From contig JBHGNT010000009.1 of assembly GCA_043228905.1 (NCBI GenBank), positions 14,694,001-14,758,000 on the forward strand: a stretch of 64,000 nucleotides of DNA, written 5' to 3'. This stretch comes from Azolla caroliniana. Taxonomy: Eukaryota; Plantae; Polypodiophyta. The stretch's first letter is position 1. Each line of letters begins with the position of its first letter. Below the pieces are notes generated by a model that did not search any database, was not told where the DNA came from, and saw nothing but the letters and a program-made list of their open reading frames with translations. A program made the position numbers and the translations under genes. Below, piece after piece: positions 22,970-37,600 of this stretch.

Positions 22970-24730
22970 GCCTACTTACATGTAGCAAAGGACAAGAGAG
23001 CAAAATTGGACTGGAGATGCCCTCTAGAGATTTCCGGATACAGAGCAAGTGTTGCTGACCAACGAGGGGGAGCTGGAAAGCTTCAAAGAAGCAAAGAAAG
23101 ACACCCACATCCGCAAGTGGTTGAGTACCATGCAGGATGAGATGGATTCCCTGCATGAGAACCACACATATGAACTAACAGTGTTGTCGAAGGGAAAGAG
23201 AGCACTCCGGAACAAGTGGGTGTACAAGTTGAAACCAGGAGATGCTAGAAATCCACCAAGGTACAAAATCCATCATGGTGAAGGGCTTTGAGCAGAAGAA
23301 AGGAGAGGATTTCGATGTGATCTTTGCCCCGATAGTATGACATCCATCCGGATGGTGTTGAGCATAGCGGAATCATGGAACTCAAAGTATAGAGCAATTA
23401 GACGTCAAGATGACGTTCCTACATAGTGACCTCGAAGAAGAGATCTACATGCAACATCCGGAAGGATTTGTCAAGAAAAGGAAGGAGAACTTGGTGTGGC
23501 GGTTGTAGAAGAGCTTTATACAGATTGAAGCAAGCTCCCCAGCAATGGTACCAGAAGTTCGACTCCTTCATGACCGACCAAGGATACCACAAGACACAAG
23601 CCGACAACTGTGTGTTCGTGAAGAAATTTGACGGAGGCGACTTGCTGATACTATTGTTGTACATGGACGACATGTTGATCGTCGGACAGGACCATATCAA
23701 AATTGGGATGCTGAAGGAGGCCTTGAGCCGGTCATTCTCAATGAGAGATATGGGTCCTGCAAAGTAGATATTGGGGATGCACATAGTTCGGGACCGGACG
23801 AAGAAGCAGTTGTGGCTGTCACAGGAGAAGTACGTGACAAAGGTGCTTCAACGGTTCAACATGACGGATGTTAAGCCGGTTGGGTCGACACTTCCGGCAT
23901 ATTGCAAGTTGTCCGAAAAACAAAGCCCGAAGACAAAGGCAGAGAAGATGAAGATACCATATGCCTCTGTCCTTGGAAGTTTGATGTACGCAATGGTGTG
24001 CACATGACCGGATATTGGATATACAGTTGGAGTGGTGAGCCAATTTATGAGCAATCCAGGAAGAGAACATTGGGTCGTTGTGAAGTGGATACTCTGGTAC
24101 CTGAAAGGCACCTCGAGTATGTGCCTCTGATTCGGCTTCGGAAAACCCCAACCAGAAGGCTTCATTGATTCCGACATGTCGGCTTATGCAGATACCAGTC
24201 AGTCTACATCCGAATACGTCATGACATATGCAAGGGGAGCTGTATCATGGCAGTCAAGGCTACAAAATTCCGTTGCCCTGTCAACAACAGAAGCGGAATA
24301 CATGGCAGCTATAGAAGCCGGCAAGGAAGTAATCTGGATGAAGGACCTCATCGAAGAGCTAGGAATCCAACAAGAGGAATACTGGCTCTACCGCGACAAT
24401 CAAAGTGCCATCCACCTGGCAAAGAATGTGGCCTACCACTCCCGGACCAAGCACATCCAAAGGAGATATCAATAGCACTAGGAGAAGGTAGAAGATAAAG
24501 AGTTTTTGCTAACAAAGATCCATACGGAGGAGAACGGGTCGGACATGTTGACCAAAGTGTTGTCAGCGACAAGTTGGATGTGTGTTGGAGACGGATCGGA
24601 TTAGCAAGACATCCCATGCCGGAGTGAAGGGGGAGTTTGTTGGGAAACCGATACCTCCGAATGGGATCTGGATGAGAACCAGACAAATCGAAGGAAGGAA
24701 CCAGATTGGATGGATCCTGAAGATATTCGG
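22970..24730 (+). mobile_element. Degenerate Ty1/Copia remnant (RT, RNase H, PPT, start of LTR)
   Basis: ALRNKWVYKLK, LKQAPQQWY, LYMDDML, STTEAEY, RTKHI; PPT GAAGGGGGAG at about 24626-24635, then TGTTGGG at 24638. Confidence 0.85.
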
Positions 24731-24826
24731 ATGGTTATATTTGTAAATAGACCCAAAGTTATATATGTATATATATAACTAGGGAAAAGTGAGCTAGATA
24801 ACGTGTTGTTATCATTATTGTTGTAC

Positions 24827-24858
<32 letters not shown>

Positions 24859-26130
24859 TTATATTATCGTCTTCAGAGGTCAAATATGACCTATGAGACC
24901 AAAAATATTACATTTCACGTGATACGTGTGAAAGTGAGTAGTGACTCTCGATGTTCAAGAACTTTACCAATGAATGTTGCAATCGAGAGTGCACATTGTG
25001 GTTGTGAGAGGAATTCATGCAAATATTGGGCTTGGTCGAAGAGATGTGGAAAGCATGGTCGAATATGATCAAAGGCAGAGCATTGTATCAAAGTGTGATA
25101 CTCAGACTGGCGAACTTGTTTAGGGCAAAGTGTGCATAGCCGACCACTCTCATCAGTTGTGCCCCAACGCCCTATTTCACATCGCAATGCATGTGAGCTA
25201 AGTCGCATGGAAGCAATGGTTCGAATGGCGGATAACGGTATGGGCTCTAACATGTATCCATGTGTACGATTTCCCCGTTCCGCAAAGAATATAGTTTTGT
25301 AGTTAGGTGCAACATGTGTAGTATAATGTGTGAAGCGCAAGCCTCCACATTTGTCCCATGTTATGATACATTGGCGTTGAAAAAAGGCCTCATTTACATA
25401 GGAATCTAATGATGCATCATGAAGCAAGTGTCCCGCATCCCATCTACCAAACCATTTTTCTATATCGTACATCCAACTAGAACACAAAATTTTGCTTTTA
25501 TGCGTCTTTTGGATCTTTTTGCTTGCTTCCCACGCAATTCTAGGAAGTCAATGTGAGGGACTTTTTTGAACCTTAAGCATGTATTCAACAACCCTTTCCA
25601 TGGCCATGATCTCAATGGGAAGCGATCCCGTCTCAAGGAGGAGGGTGTAGGGCGTTTGTTTCTTAACTTGTAGAAACTTTGTAAGAAAATGTTTTTGGAC
25701 ATTTTCAAACTCTTTCCACGTAGATTTAGGTACGCTACCGCCCCATACTTCCACCCCATAGAGAAGAACCGGTGTCACCAAAGTGTCGAAAAAATATTTC
25801 TTGAGGACCCACCACTTAATATCTCCAAGATTTCATGTGTTCTCAAATGTATAGTATGCTCGCTTACCCACCTCTAAGCGGTGTGTAGCACATTCATTCC
25901 ATCTATGATTTGAAGGAACTTCAAGGACAAGATATTTGACGTTTTCCACACATTCGAGTGGCTCATTGTTGTACATAATGCATGGTTTTTCTCTTTTTTG
26001 GCTCTTCACAAGCATAATCTTTGTTTTAGAGCTATTGACACTTAATTTAGTATGCATGCAAAAAATTTCCAATGCCTTCATAAGATTTTGTGCATCTCCT
26101 AAAGTATTTGCAAAAAACACTACATCATCT
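24827..26130 (-). mobile_element. Non-LTR retrotransposon (LINE, RTE/RTEX/L2-like) 3' end with (TCTA)n tail, frameshifted
   Basis: RT ADDVVFFA...LSVNSSKTKIM...KYL; VTPVLLYGVEVWG; C-terminal SSHALRCEIGRW...RLCTLC...EYHTLIQC; (TAGA)n at 24827-24857 downstream of the stop. Confidence 0.82.
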
Positions 26131-28973
26131 GCAGAGAGGGAGAGAGACACAGAAAGCTCTTTCTGTTGTAACCGTTGGCTGGCGAAGATACAGAGCTCCA
26201 TGTCGTTGCCTCTAAGTCTCATTCTGTTTGTACCCTCCTCTGTAGTGATCCTATTCCGAGTTAGAGAACTCCCATGGTTTTCCCCGATTAGGGTTTCCAC
26301 GTTAATACCGGTGTCGTCACTATTGTTTGTGTAAGTGCATTGTCACTCTCTGTTTATTTCTTCCATCGTGTGTTTGAGACTCGGTTGGGGCCAAGCGTTA
26401 TAACTACCCTGAGGCACCAATCTAGCCCCCAACACCAACTCCTCCTCATCAACAAGCATAAGACCTCATCAAGTGGTTCCAATAGGAAGCATCTTCTCCA
26501 AGTGGTGCTAGGGAACAACTCGTACCCAATTTCCCTGAGAAAAAGAAGTGCATCGATGCAAATCTCCTGTCAATAATCCCCTCGATTGTTGGGGTTAATG
26601 TAATCACTCGAGGCAACATATTGCACACAACCTCAAGTGTCATGAACAAGAGCTCCCCACGACCATGCGGAGGAAATGCAAACCATGGAAGACTACGTCA
26701 ACAAGATCTTCCCAACGACATTCCGAACACGAAGATGAGGCCAAAGAAGTCAATATTAGCCCCAATGCAATATTACCAACACACCTCACCACCTACCCAA
26801 ACCCTATAATTATGGGGATGGAAATATTACCCTTTATGGTCCACATTTTAGCTAGTCTTTATTTGAGATCACATTCTAATCATCTCTAAAATTGCCAAAA
26901 TATGCAAATTACATGCAACTTTTTGCATAGCTAATTAGTTATGTCAAGGACACATCTAATTGTTCTCATTCCCATGCTTTCACCCATTTTGATCTCAACC
27001 ACGCATGCTAATGATCATTTGACTCGTCGCTCCATGCAATTCCTACAAGCCTTTGACTCTAACAAGCTTTCGAATCTAGTGAGCCTTTGAGTCTGACAAG
27101 CCTTTGACTCTGAAGAGCCTTTTAATCTAAAGAGCATTTGACTTGAGGAGCCTTCAAGTCTGGGAGCCTTTGAGTTTGAAGATCTTTCGACTCTAACAAG
27201 ATTTCAACTCCTAGGAGCATTCGAGTTGACTAACATCCACACCTTCCAAGTCATTGTGTCCTCCCTGGTCCAAATCCCCCATGGTCTTGCTCGAGTAGCA
27301 CACGCACATGCATTTACATGACATTGTCTCCATCCACCAAATCTTTATCTTGCTCTAGACTACCTTCATTGGCTTCACTCTTTATATCCTCATTCATCTT
27401 GAAATTATTTTTATCCTTCTCTTTGGTTGTATTATGGCATGGGCCAAAAGGTTTGGTGACGATCTTCTCAACATCAACCACACCATCCCTGCTAGTTGAC
27501 GCCCAAGTCTTGGGATTTGACGACAACTCAACTCTATTATACCCTTCCACTTGCTCACGTTCAAATATTTTGTTATCAAACTCTTGTACCTCATCATTAT
27601 TTCCTTTCTCTCTTTTTCCATAGTCTCGAGCATAGTGGCTTCAAGGCTAGTTGGCACTATCCCATCTTTAAGGTCAATATCTTCATATGACTTCATTGTT
27701 TAATGTGAGTCCTTGTATGTAGCGAAGCTTGGACATGAAGCTTTATAGATGGTATTTTTCTCATCATTTGTCTGAACCACATCAAGACTTCTCATTATCT
27801 TCCCCTATCATGTTTTCCTTAGGGTGTAAAGCTTTGGAGATGAAATTCATCACATCGCCCAGATTGCCCCCAATAACCTTCTTAATTTTTGTCCCAACCA
27901 AATTGTGACTTGAGTATGAAGTTTCGTAGATGCTTGTCTCGCATCATCTGGACCATCCTCAAGTTCCTCATTTTTATCTAGACGACCTCCAAACTTCCTC
28001 TCGTTCTTCCCCAACATATTGTCGCCTAGGTGCATAACCTCGGAGACTTTTCCCCAACATATTGCCACCTAGGTACATAACTTCAAAGACTTTTCCCCAA
28101 CATATTGTAGCCTGGATCCCCCAAACTTCCTCATGTTATTCCAGATCGAATGTTGACTGACTCTTCCTTGACAGACTTTTTTCCTCCATGTGAGTTGGAA
28201 CTAGATTGTCTTGACTCACTGTTGACAACCATCTCCAACAATTTTTATAACCATTGAGCTAGTATCACACTATTGATTATTATTCAACCATTCTAATCCC
28301 ATAGATTTATTTGAAGCACTTGACGAGACTGTCATTTACTTTCAATCATATTGTTGACATACTTTTTTAACTTCATCCTAATTCTCGATTAATCCATTTG
28401 CTCCATTATGATCTTCTAGTTGACTTCCAAGCTTCATTCTTTGCATCAACAAACTTCAAGAACCTCAACACCCTGTTCACCCCCACCAATCTTTCGTATT
28501 GTCCTGATATTTGAATGAAGCAATTATTCAAACTCAAGCAATTCCATTGAAGCACTTTTTTGAGTTTTCCTCAATGCAACCAACTTGACAAATCCGTAAT
28601 GACTTGTACCTAACATGTCTTCATCTTCAAACTCCTCTGGCAATGTCTTCTAAAAGGAACACTATGATGTATGGGCTAGTTGAAGTTTTACAATCCCTTT
28701 ATGCAATACCCATGCCACACTGAATTGAAACAATTTATTTTACTTGATTCTCTTGTGCCTTCTTAAAGCATCTCATTATTGTATAGATTTAAAAAATTTG
28801 AGATATTTTCTCCTTCAAATTGACTAGAAGTATAAGCCAATACTTTCTCTCATCATCTACATCATCATCCTCATCATCATTGATGTGAAGTCCTCATTTT
28901 GAGTAGTCATCCTCCCTTGCCTCTCTTTCACATTGGATTCACCAAAGATATCCTAAAGTCCACATATCCGCGC
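26131..28973. mobile_element. Highly degraded TE-derived sequence (LTR-like pieces; degenerate repeats of about 18 bp at 27045-27220)
   Basis: Abruptly interrupts the LINE RT; AGCCTTTGACTCT-type repeats; no clear domain recognised. Confidence 0.35.
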
Positions 28974-31900
28974 TATCGTGATGTTTTCGACACATAGTGT
29001 GAAACCACCCTCAAAAGAGAATAAAATAGTCCAAATAAACTAATGTTGTTAAATCAACTATAGTAATAAATGAAAGGATAAAAAGTTAGAAGCGGTTTTC
29101 GAAAGTAGACAAAAATAGAGAAAAAGATAGGAAAAGAAAAGCTAGTCGTGGATATGAGGAGCAAGGTCGAGTAAAAAGCTTGTAATTTCCTCGTCCAATG
29201 TCCAAATTAGAAAAGGAAATATGCATAAGAAATATAACAAAAATAGCTTTCTAAGAGTAGTTTGCATGTTAGATTTGACATTACATAACAGAAATAGTGA
29301 TAAAAAGCAAAGTTGACACATATAGAGAAACTTTTGGGAAAAAGAAAGACAGAAAGCAAGCAAGCAATCCTAAACCTATAAATAAGAGCTTATTTTAAGA
29401 AGAATGGGGAGGGGATTTGAAGAAGAAAATATTTATGTTTCCTCTCTCATACTCCTATACCCTAAAAGGGGATAGAAAAAAAAATCATGTAAAAAAATAG
29501 ATCCATTATAGTGATGATTTAGTAATAAAAAGCTTTCCATGTTTACTCTCTCATGATCTCTTTCTTTAAACTTTTCTTATGTATAAGTAAAATTAAGTGT
29601 TATTCATGCTTGCTTACTTTAAGCCTTTTTACTCATAAGAGTAATTAAGTATTATTCAATCTCGCATAATCTCCTACTCGAAGATTTGCTTATGCATAAA
29701 TATAATTAACTATTATTTAATCTATTATACTACCAATTTACTCTTATTAGAGGGAAATCTCTTGTCTTTAAGCTTAAAGTGCATTAAGCGTTAAGCCCTA
29801 AATCCTTCTGGTCCAAAACCCCGGTGGTTCCGCCTCACTATCCGCATTTACTGGCGGATTTTCACAACATAATTAAGTGGTGAACCCGACGTGAATAGGC
29901 AGTAGGAAGGATTCAAGTGCTTGAAATAGAAGATTAGAAGATGGTTTCTTCAACAAACATCCAAGTTGACGAAGTGGCGAAGTTGGTAGCTATTGTTGAG
30001 CATATGATGAGAGCTCGTGATAATAATGCAAGATTAAACAAGGCCATCGACTGGATCATTGATATAGCGGGCCAATTTGGTGGAAGAAATATTACGGATT
30101 TCCTCATTATATACAAGACAGAGATGCTACAACGAGATTTCATCGAAGAGAAACAAATATCAAACTTCAAGCGTGTCGTGGCAAATGGGTTACAAGGCCG
30201 TATAAGGGAGATTCAAGCCACACAAACAACATGGGCGGGATTCGAAAGGGCACTTTTGGCTGAATATATGCTTGAAGATGAATCGAGGATGACTTGTCAT
30301 ACGTTGATGAAGTGGATCGAGAAGAAGGGGAAGAAAATAAATGCATTGGGGGTGTACAACGAATTCGAGCAAATGTACAATCATCTCCCAAGCACCGACT
30401 AAATGTTTCTCGAAGAAGATAAGGTTCTATACTTCTTAAAGGCGGTGGATGTGAACGATAGACGAGAACTAGGTAGTCTATTAGAGGATGAAACACAACC
30501 CAATGGTCTCATAACGGATTGGGTTGAGGTAAGAAAAGCATGTGAATGGCTTGACAAGCGTCGTCGATGGCTAGATGATTCTGACATGGTGTGGTCGATA
30601 GTTCAAAGATGGAAGGCTCCAATAGCAACTGAGATCTCAAAGCAAATTGAGCCGACTGAAAGAACAATGGAGGACAACGATGCCATGATGAAGATGGCTA
30701 TGGATGACGTGGCAAAGGAGGATGGTAAGTGTGTCGAGACTTCCTCCCCACTATTTCAAGAGATTTGGGCAATGATGGATGGGGACATATCAGTCGGTGG
30801 AAAAAAGGCCATCACCGAAGAATCATACCCAAACCAAATTAAGAACCAAGAGAAGGAAGGTGGTGGCGAGGAAGCGAAGGTCAAAGCCGATGCATACGAT
30901 GAAGAGGCAAGCATAATTGAGGCATGCTTGATCGAGAAGGTCAATGGGTATGCGGCCCATGAGTTTGAAGAGATGGCCACGGATAACAACTTAGAGGTAG
31001 AGGTTGTTATGGAGAACACAATGAAGGAGGATGACAAGTGTGCTACGACTTCCTCCCCACTATTTCAAGAGATTTGGGCAATGGTGAACAGAGACATATC
31101 GGTCGGTGGAGAAAGGGCTATCACCGAAGAGACATACCCAAACCAAATTAAGACCCAAGAGAAGGAAGGTGGCGGCAAGGAAGCAAAGGTCAAAGCTAAT
31201 GCATATGATGAAGAGGTCAAACAAAGCACAATGGTGCATGACGACGACCGAACGAACGAAATGAATTCGAAAGGTGTTCCTTGGTATTTGATCACAATAT
31301 CCAACTCAAAAGAGGACACCATTACAAATATCAAACAATCGATGGTCAACTCTCACATGAGAGCATACCATGAAAAAGGAAGAAGGGGAAAAAATGCAAT
31401 GTGGTCGTCTAAGGGCGTAAATGTGAGCATGTACTTGAAGCATGGGCTACAAGGAGCAGTCAAAGTCAATGTTCGGATGAGGCCTAACAAAGACAACCTT
31501 GGATTGACAAAAGAAGGAAGATTGAAATTCCTTGACCATGAAGATGATCAAAACAAAGGCGGCACATGCATGGTGCATGAAGTGTTATGCTTGGGGAAGA
31601 CGGAAGAGGCCATGACAATCGGTCGTGGCAGTGCAAAGCTCGGATGAAGGATTTGGTGGTTTGGATGGTCTCCATGGCTATGGTGGAAAGAATGGTCGTG
31701 GTGGCATTGGAAGAAGAGATATAAGGAGCCAAAGAGTTGGTTCAATGTCAATCTCCATCACAGATACTTAGGTTGTTAGAAAGAAAGGAAAATATTCGGA
31801 CAAGGATTAAAGATTTCAACTAGGAGGATGAAACCTCACTTGGCACATACCGAAGGATGTGCAGGTTTGGTGGGGGTGGATGTCGTGATGTTTTCGACAC

Positions 31901-32238
31901 ATAGTGCGAAACCACCCTCAAAAGAGAATAAAATAGTAGTCCAAATAAACTAATGTTGTTAAATCAACTATAGTAATAAATAAAAGGATAAAAAGTTAGA
32001 AGCGGTTTTCAAAAGTAGACAAAAATAGAGAAAAGATAGGAAAAGAAAATCTAGCCGTGGATATGAGGCGCAAGGTCGAGTAAAAAGCTCTTAATTGCCT
32101 CGTCCAATGTCCAAATTAGAAAAGGAAAGATGCATAAGAAATATGACAGAAATAGCTTTCTAAGAGTAGCTTGCATGTCAGATTTGACGTTACAGAACAG
32201 AAGTAGTGATAAAAAGAAAAGTTGACCCATATAGAGAA
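28974..32238 (+). mobile_element. Non-autonomous gag-only LTR element with a tRNA-Trp PBS; 3' LTR truncated
   Basis: 5' LTR 28974-29869; PBS TGGTGAACCCGACGTGAAT at 29878-29896; gag-like ORF; PPT GGGGGTGGA at 31872-31880; 3' LTR copy 31881 to about 32238. Confidence 0.85.
29941..31647 (+). pseudogene. gag-like ORF with one in-frame stop (30400-30402) and an internal in-frame repeat (30715-30908 and 31024-31217)
   Basis: GQFGGRNITDFL...TWAGFERALL...FLKAVD gag-like segment directly after the PBS; repeated TSSPLFQEIWAM block. Confidence 0.65.
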
Positions 32239-32860
32239 TAGGGAAGATCAGATGGATGGTGAGATTTTTTAATATAATATTTCCCTTTTATGTCAGTTGT
32301 AAGTGGATGTTAGCTCTCTACGATTAGTCAATTGAATATGTGTTGCCTCCTCACCTTAGTGTTCATGTAACAAATGTGTGCAAATGGATGTGATCAAAGT
32401 TTATGTATTCTTTCCTATGGGTTTATGCATGCCTAATTATTTGCCTCCATGTATGTGTATCAATATGTGGGGATATATATGGGCAACTACATGTATAAGC
32501 ATGTATATGATTACTTGTATAATTATGTGTATGTTTATATATGTATGTGAATTCCAATTTCGTAAATGTTTATGTATATGTTTATATGGATGTGCTTGAA
32601 GATGTACATATATTTCTGCAAATATGTGAAGACATGTATCAATGTGTGTATATGGTCTTTTATATAAACATGAGTGGGTATATGATGTGGATGTACTTGT
32701 GTATGGGGTATGACATGCAGATGAAATGGAGATGTCATCCATCAACGTCAATAGTTGTGGCAACAACAGTGGTGACAACAATTATTGTTGTATCATAGCG
32801 GTAGGGTCATGGGAGGTTGAGCAGAAATACGTACTCACCCTAAATCTATTTGTCTATACA

Positions 32861-33460
32861 TTAGTTATCTTTGTTGTTTCTCTCTTTTTTTTCCAAATTC
32901 TTATCAACTAATCCCAAGTGAAACCCTATTCATTCAATTTGAATCTCTTGCTTGTCTTTTTTATGTTGCTCAATGAATAGGTTAACGAATTAATTGAATA
33001 TTTTAGGAGATTAGCAATATGAACCCTCAAGCCAGTACATATGTAACTATCCAACAGATTAACAAATTCAACGTTGTAGACCTCTTGAATTAGTTATCTT
33101 TGTTGTTTCCCTCTCTTTTTTGCAAATTCTTATCAACTGATCCCAATGAAACCCTATTCATTCAATTTCAATCTCTTGCTTGTCTTTTTATTGTTGCTCA
33201 GTGAATAGGTTAACGAATTAATTGAATATTTTAGGAGATTAGCAATATGAACCCTCAAGTCAGTACATATGTAACTGTCCAACAGATTAGCAAATTCAAT
33301 GTTTTAGACCTCTTGACTACCTCTCTAACCAAAAACATCTTCTTTGCTCAGTCAATAGGTTAATGAATTAATTGAATATTTTAGGAAAGAGCAATATGAA
33401 TCCTCAAGTACATATGGAACTGTCCAACAGATTAGCGAACTCAACGGTTTAGACCTCTTG
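32861..33460. repeat. Tandem duplication of about 229 bp plus a partial third copy
   Basis: TTAGTTATCTTTGTTGTTTC at 32861 and 33090; partial copy from about 33342. Confidence 0.85.
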
Positions 33461-33980
33461 ACTCAACCAAAAACATCTTTTTAGGTTTATGTTGGATGGG
33501 AGCCGATATTTTGAATGGTAGTTTTATTAAGCTCCATCAATGAAATAATCACCAACTATGCTTTGCTAATCAAGACAAAGGTCCACCTTTCCAACCAAAA
33601 GCATCTTTTCAGCTTTAAGATGTTGGGATAGAAGTGGATATTTCGAACGTTAATTTCAACAAACCTCCATCAATGAAATAATTACTAATTATGCTTTACT
33701 AATCAAGACACTCATTCAGGCATGATTTCTAGTTTAATGATGCACATGCAAAAAATACTACTGTAGGCCTGACCAAAATTCAACATCAGGCCTCTAGGCA
33801 AGGTCTATTTGTCACTAAGATATTAGAACCAAGTGACTCACAATCCAGATCAAAACATCTTGAAATAGAGGAAGGCCCCAAAGCTGTTTGATTATAATTC
33901 AATTCATGACAACCATGACCTAATTCCGCAAAAAGATGCAAACTACAAATTAATGCTATAATTCTTCAATTGCTTTTTCG

Positions 33981-34420
33981 TGACGTCCAACCAACGCGAG
34001 CACTTGTGTGTGTTCATGCACGTGTGGGTGTGCATGTGCATGCATGGCATTGCTATAGGGATATAAAGCCAAAGTAGACCTCTCTCGACACACATGCATG
34101 TGTATATATACACATATATACATATACAAATATGCACGTGTCGGTGTGCATGCATGACGTCCAACCAACGCGAGCACTTGTGTGTGTTCATGCACGTGTG
34201 GGTGTGCATGTGCATGCATGGCATTGCTATAGGGATATAAAGCCAAAGTAGACCTCTCTCGACACACATGCATGTGTATATATACACATATATACATATA
34301 CAAATATGCACGTGTGAATGTGTAGAGAGAGATCTACTTTGGCTTTTCCCCAAAAAAAGAAAAAGAAGATAACCATTTTGGCTTTATATTCCTATAGCAA
34401 TGCCATGCACATGCATGTGC
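33981..34420. repeat. 174-bp tandem duplication followed by a short inverted copy (MITE/foldback-like)
   Basis: TGACGTCCAACCAACGCGAG at 33981 and 34155; 34378-34415 is the reverse complement of the GCATGGCATTGCTATAGGGATATAAAGCCAA segment. Confidence 0.8.
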
Positions 34421-34605
34421 GTGCATATGAATGTATTTTGTAAAGAGCAAGAAAGTTCCAATCCTACAATACAAAAAACAGCCTTCATATCATGGAGCTT
34501 TAAGAATGGTAAAAATCAATTAAGTTCATTTAAATGTTTTAACACAATATTGCAACCAAGTATTGTGTGTGACCTCTGAAAGCAGAATTTATTTTCTTTT
34601 CTATT

Positions 34606-37600
34606 CTACATGGAACTTACAACTCCTCTCACAGCATCTTTTTTCATCTCAGCAGCCTTCCCAGAACCTCTGAAGTACATATACACTTGCTGCAAAACAA
34701 CACAAAAAGATATCAGTTTCTTCTAAGCTTTAGCTGCCGTCCATGAGATCAGTGATGAACTCAAACTACATGTTATTAGAAAGTAAAATCTTAGCAATCA
34801 GAATTTTTTATATTCATGCAAAATGTGACATACATAAAATATAAACTCAAAAATGTGTTTCATCACCTTCAAAACCCACAAGCTGAGTAGGGCCTCCAAG
34901 CAAAAGCATCCAAATCCAACAATGTAGAATATCTGAAGTACAAAATAATATCATTGATATACACTCAATAAAATTTTATTATTTCACATACTCGATTAAC
35001 TTACACCAATTATGGTGGAACTTGAGAATAAATCAATGGCTGCCAAGATCCCCCTAGAGCCCAAAAAACAAATTGAGGTTCATTATAGCATAACAAATTG
35101 TGTAAAGCATAATTGTAGAATTGTGTGATGCTGACTAAAATCTTACGCTAGTGACTCGCCCTTGAAGACAATGGGTGGGGCTACTGCTGCAAAGATTGTG
35201 AAAAGTAGATGTAGCTACAAACGCAAAAAAGCAAAAATCACATTATGTCAAAATGACTTTGTCACTAACTATTCGCATACAGCAAATAAAGGCTAACATT
35301 TAGAGCTCACCATGTAAAACAAGAAAAACCACCCAAACTTTAAAGCGCTCTCATTCCTGGAACCAATGATATCAAATACTATAAAAAGGAAATACGATGT
35401 AGAACTGTGAATAAAAATTATATTTTCCTATTAGTCGTTTCTCTACCTCATTGCTCGATAAAGGGGTTTATACCACAAGGTATAAGAACCAGGAATGCCA
35501 GATAGCGCGTAAATGATGGCAAGCAACCAGAGCTTTATTCCTACAATATAGATGCAATAACGAGCAGAACTTAGAGGAGATTTTTGATACGAGACATATA
35601 CATGAACTGAGATATGCAAGCCCTAATTATATTATGGGAAACAGTAAGACTATGAAGCCATAAAGTATCTCCACTAAGTTTTACTTGGAACAGCAAATAA
35701 TGTTCACCATTGTGATTCACTACGATCCAGTTGGCAGTAACAGCAACAAAGTTCCATACTAAACAAATTGAAATCCCTGCAAAAGGTAAGATAATGAGGG
35801 CAGATCTGTTTATCTCTCTTTAATAACTATCTACAGTTAGATTCACCATTAAAACAAACAAGTCAATTGAATTATCTACCAAATTGCATTTTCCAAACAT
35901 GCACACTGTCTAAATGCAAAGCAAGCAGTTAATGCAGAGGAAAATACATACCTAACCAGCTTGCAAATGCAAAGTATTGTATTCGCTGGACATGGACTGG
36001 AATGTCTCTTGCTATGTCATGATGAATGATGGGAAAAAATGGTGGCCAATTTCTTTCCTCTATAAGAATTCCCGCTGCAGATCACCAGAGAATGATAAAT
36101 CTTCTATAAGAATTCTTGCTGCAGATCATTGAATCAGATAAAAAGTAAGTGTTCCAGATAACAAAAATACTAGCCTCCTAAGCAAGTATCTCACCTTTAG
36201 CAGCAGCTTCCTCTTTTCTCTTCAGCTCCTGAAGAGAAAATAATATTAATTATTTATACTATCTTCCAGCTATTACTAATGAAAATATTTATCTACACAA
36301 TACCTGCTCTCTCCGTCTAAGTTCAGCTTCTTTACTTTCTAATTCTCTCTCCTTTCTATCTAGATCCTAGAGAAAGAAAATTAATCAGGTGTAAGTAAGG
36401 ATCACTCTCAATTAAAGATACATTGCACTATTTTATTCACCTTCCTGAGAGGTATATCAAGTTTCACATCACGGTCTGCACTTCCTGCATGCTGTCACAT
36501 CATTGAATAATTCACTGAGAGACACAGTACTTGCATAGATTCCACACTGAATCCAACTCAGTCAATAAATTTTAAGCAATAATCTCAATATTTCCATAAG
36601 AATTACATATTAGACATTACACATTAGACAACCATAAAATTTTAAATTTAGGGTCAAAACTTTAAAAAAAATATGTAATATTCTTTTTCAAACCACCATA
36701 CCCTCTGTTTTTTCCATATTAGGGCAGTACCGTGGATATGCAGCCCTTAGTGCCCTCAAAAGACAAAGCGCATATTTACAGTTCCAAGGCCTTGAGCTAA
36801 ATTGTGGTGGTTTGATAAATTTGTAGCATTAACACTTCTCTATGGAATGGATATTTGGGAATCGAGCAAAGAATAGATTGATTTCAGTTCATATCAATAA
36901 ATTGTTATGAAAGAACATAGATCAATGGCACATTTTTTTATAAGAGAGATGGCCCACCACAAAAGCACTCTTTTTCACATGTTGCTGGATGGATTTATTA
37001 TCAAACCTTGTATATGGATACATATCTATCTCATGCACTCCGTATTTTTGATAGGGTAACGCAAGCATTGTTGTAGAATACTTAGCATACAATACGCATA
37101 CAATACGTATGCCAAGTATTCTACAAGTATTCTAACCTTTTTTTTTTAATTTTAGAATACATATTTTACAGACAAAATATGCTAGAATACTTTAAATACG
37201 TGTCAAATATAAATACTTCTTAAAATTTAAAGTTTTTTTTTCAAAAAAGTAAATGTTAAACTTTTTAAAACTTTTTGGAAATGTTAAATACTTGTTAAAT
37301 GCGTAGAATTCGTCAAATTCTTAGAATATATTGAATACGAGACAAATTGAAAAATGGCAATTCCAAAGCGTAGAATATGTGTAGAATACTTCAAAGTATT
37401 CTAAATGTTGTATACGCATTTTTTAACAACTATGAGCACAAGACCTCACATCAGAAACTTAGGTAGGCAGATATGCATGCAAACCTATGAGAAAACAAAT
37501 TCACAAAGTGTGCCATCAGGGGACGGAATCAAAAGAACACTTTGCATACCATGAAGGTGTTTTTTATGAAATAAGAAAGAGATGCCACTGCCTCTTCAAA

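Noticed and set aside
33943-34353. Cys/His-rich repeated protein ORF
   Set aside because: It is a translation of a 174-bp duplicated purine-pyrimidine-alternating repeat.
34615-34620. Extra SCAMP exon after a GTAAGT donor-like site
   Set aside because: Read-through gives VSSM* at the normal SCAMP C-terminal length and no downstream exon was recognised; it cannot be excluded without RNA data.
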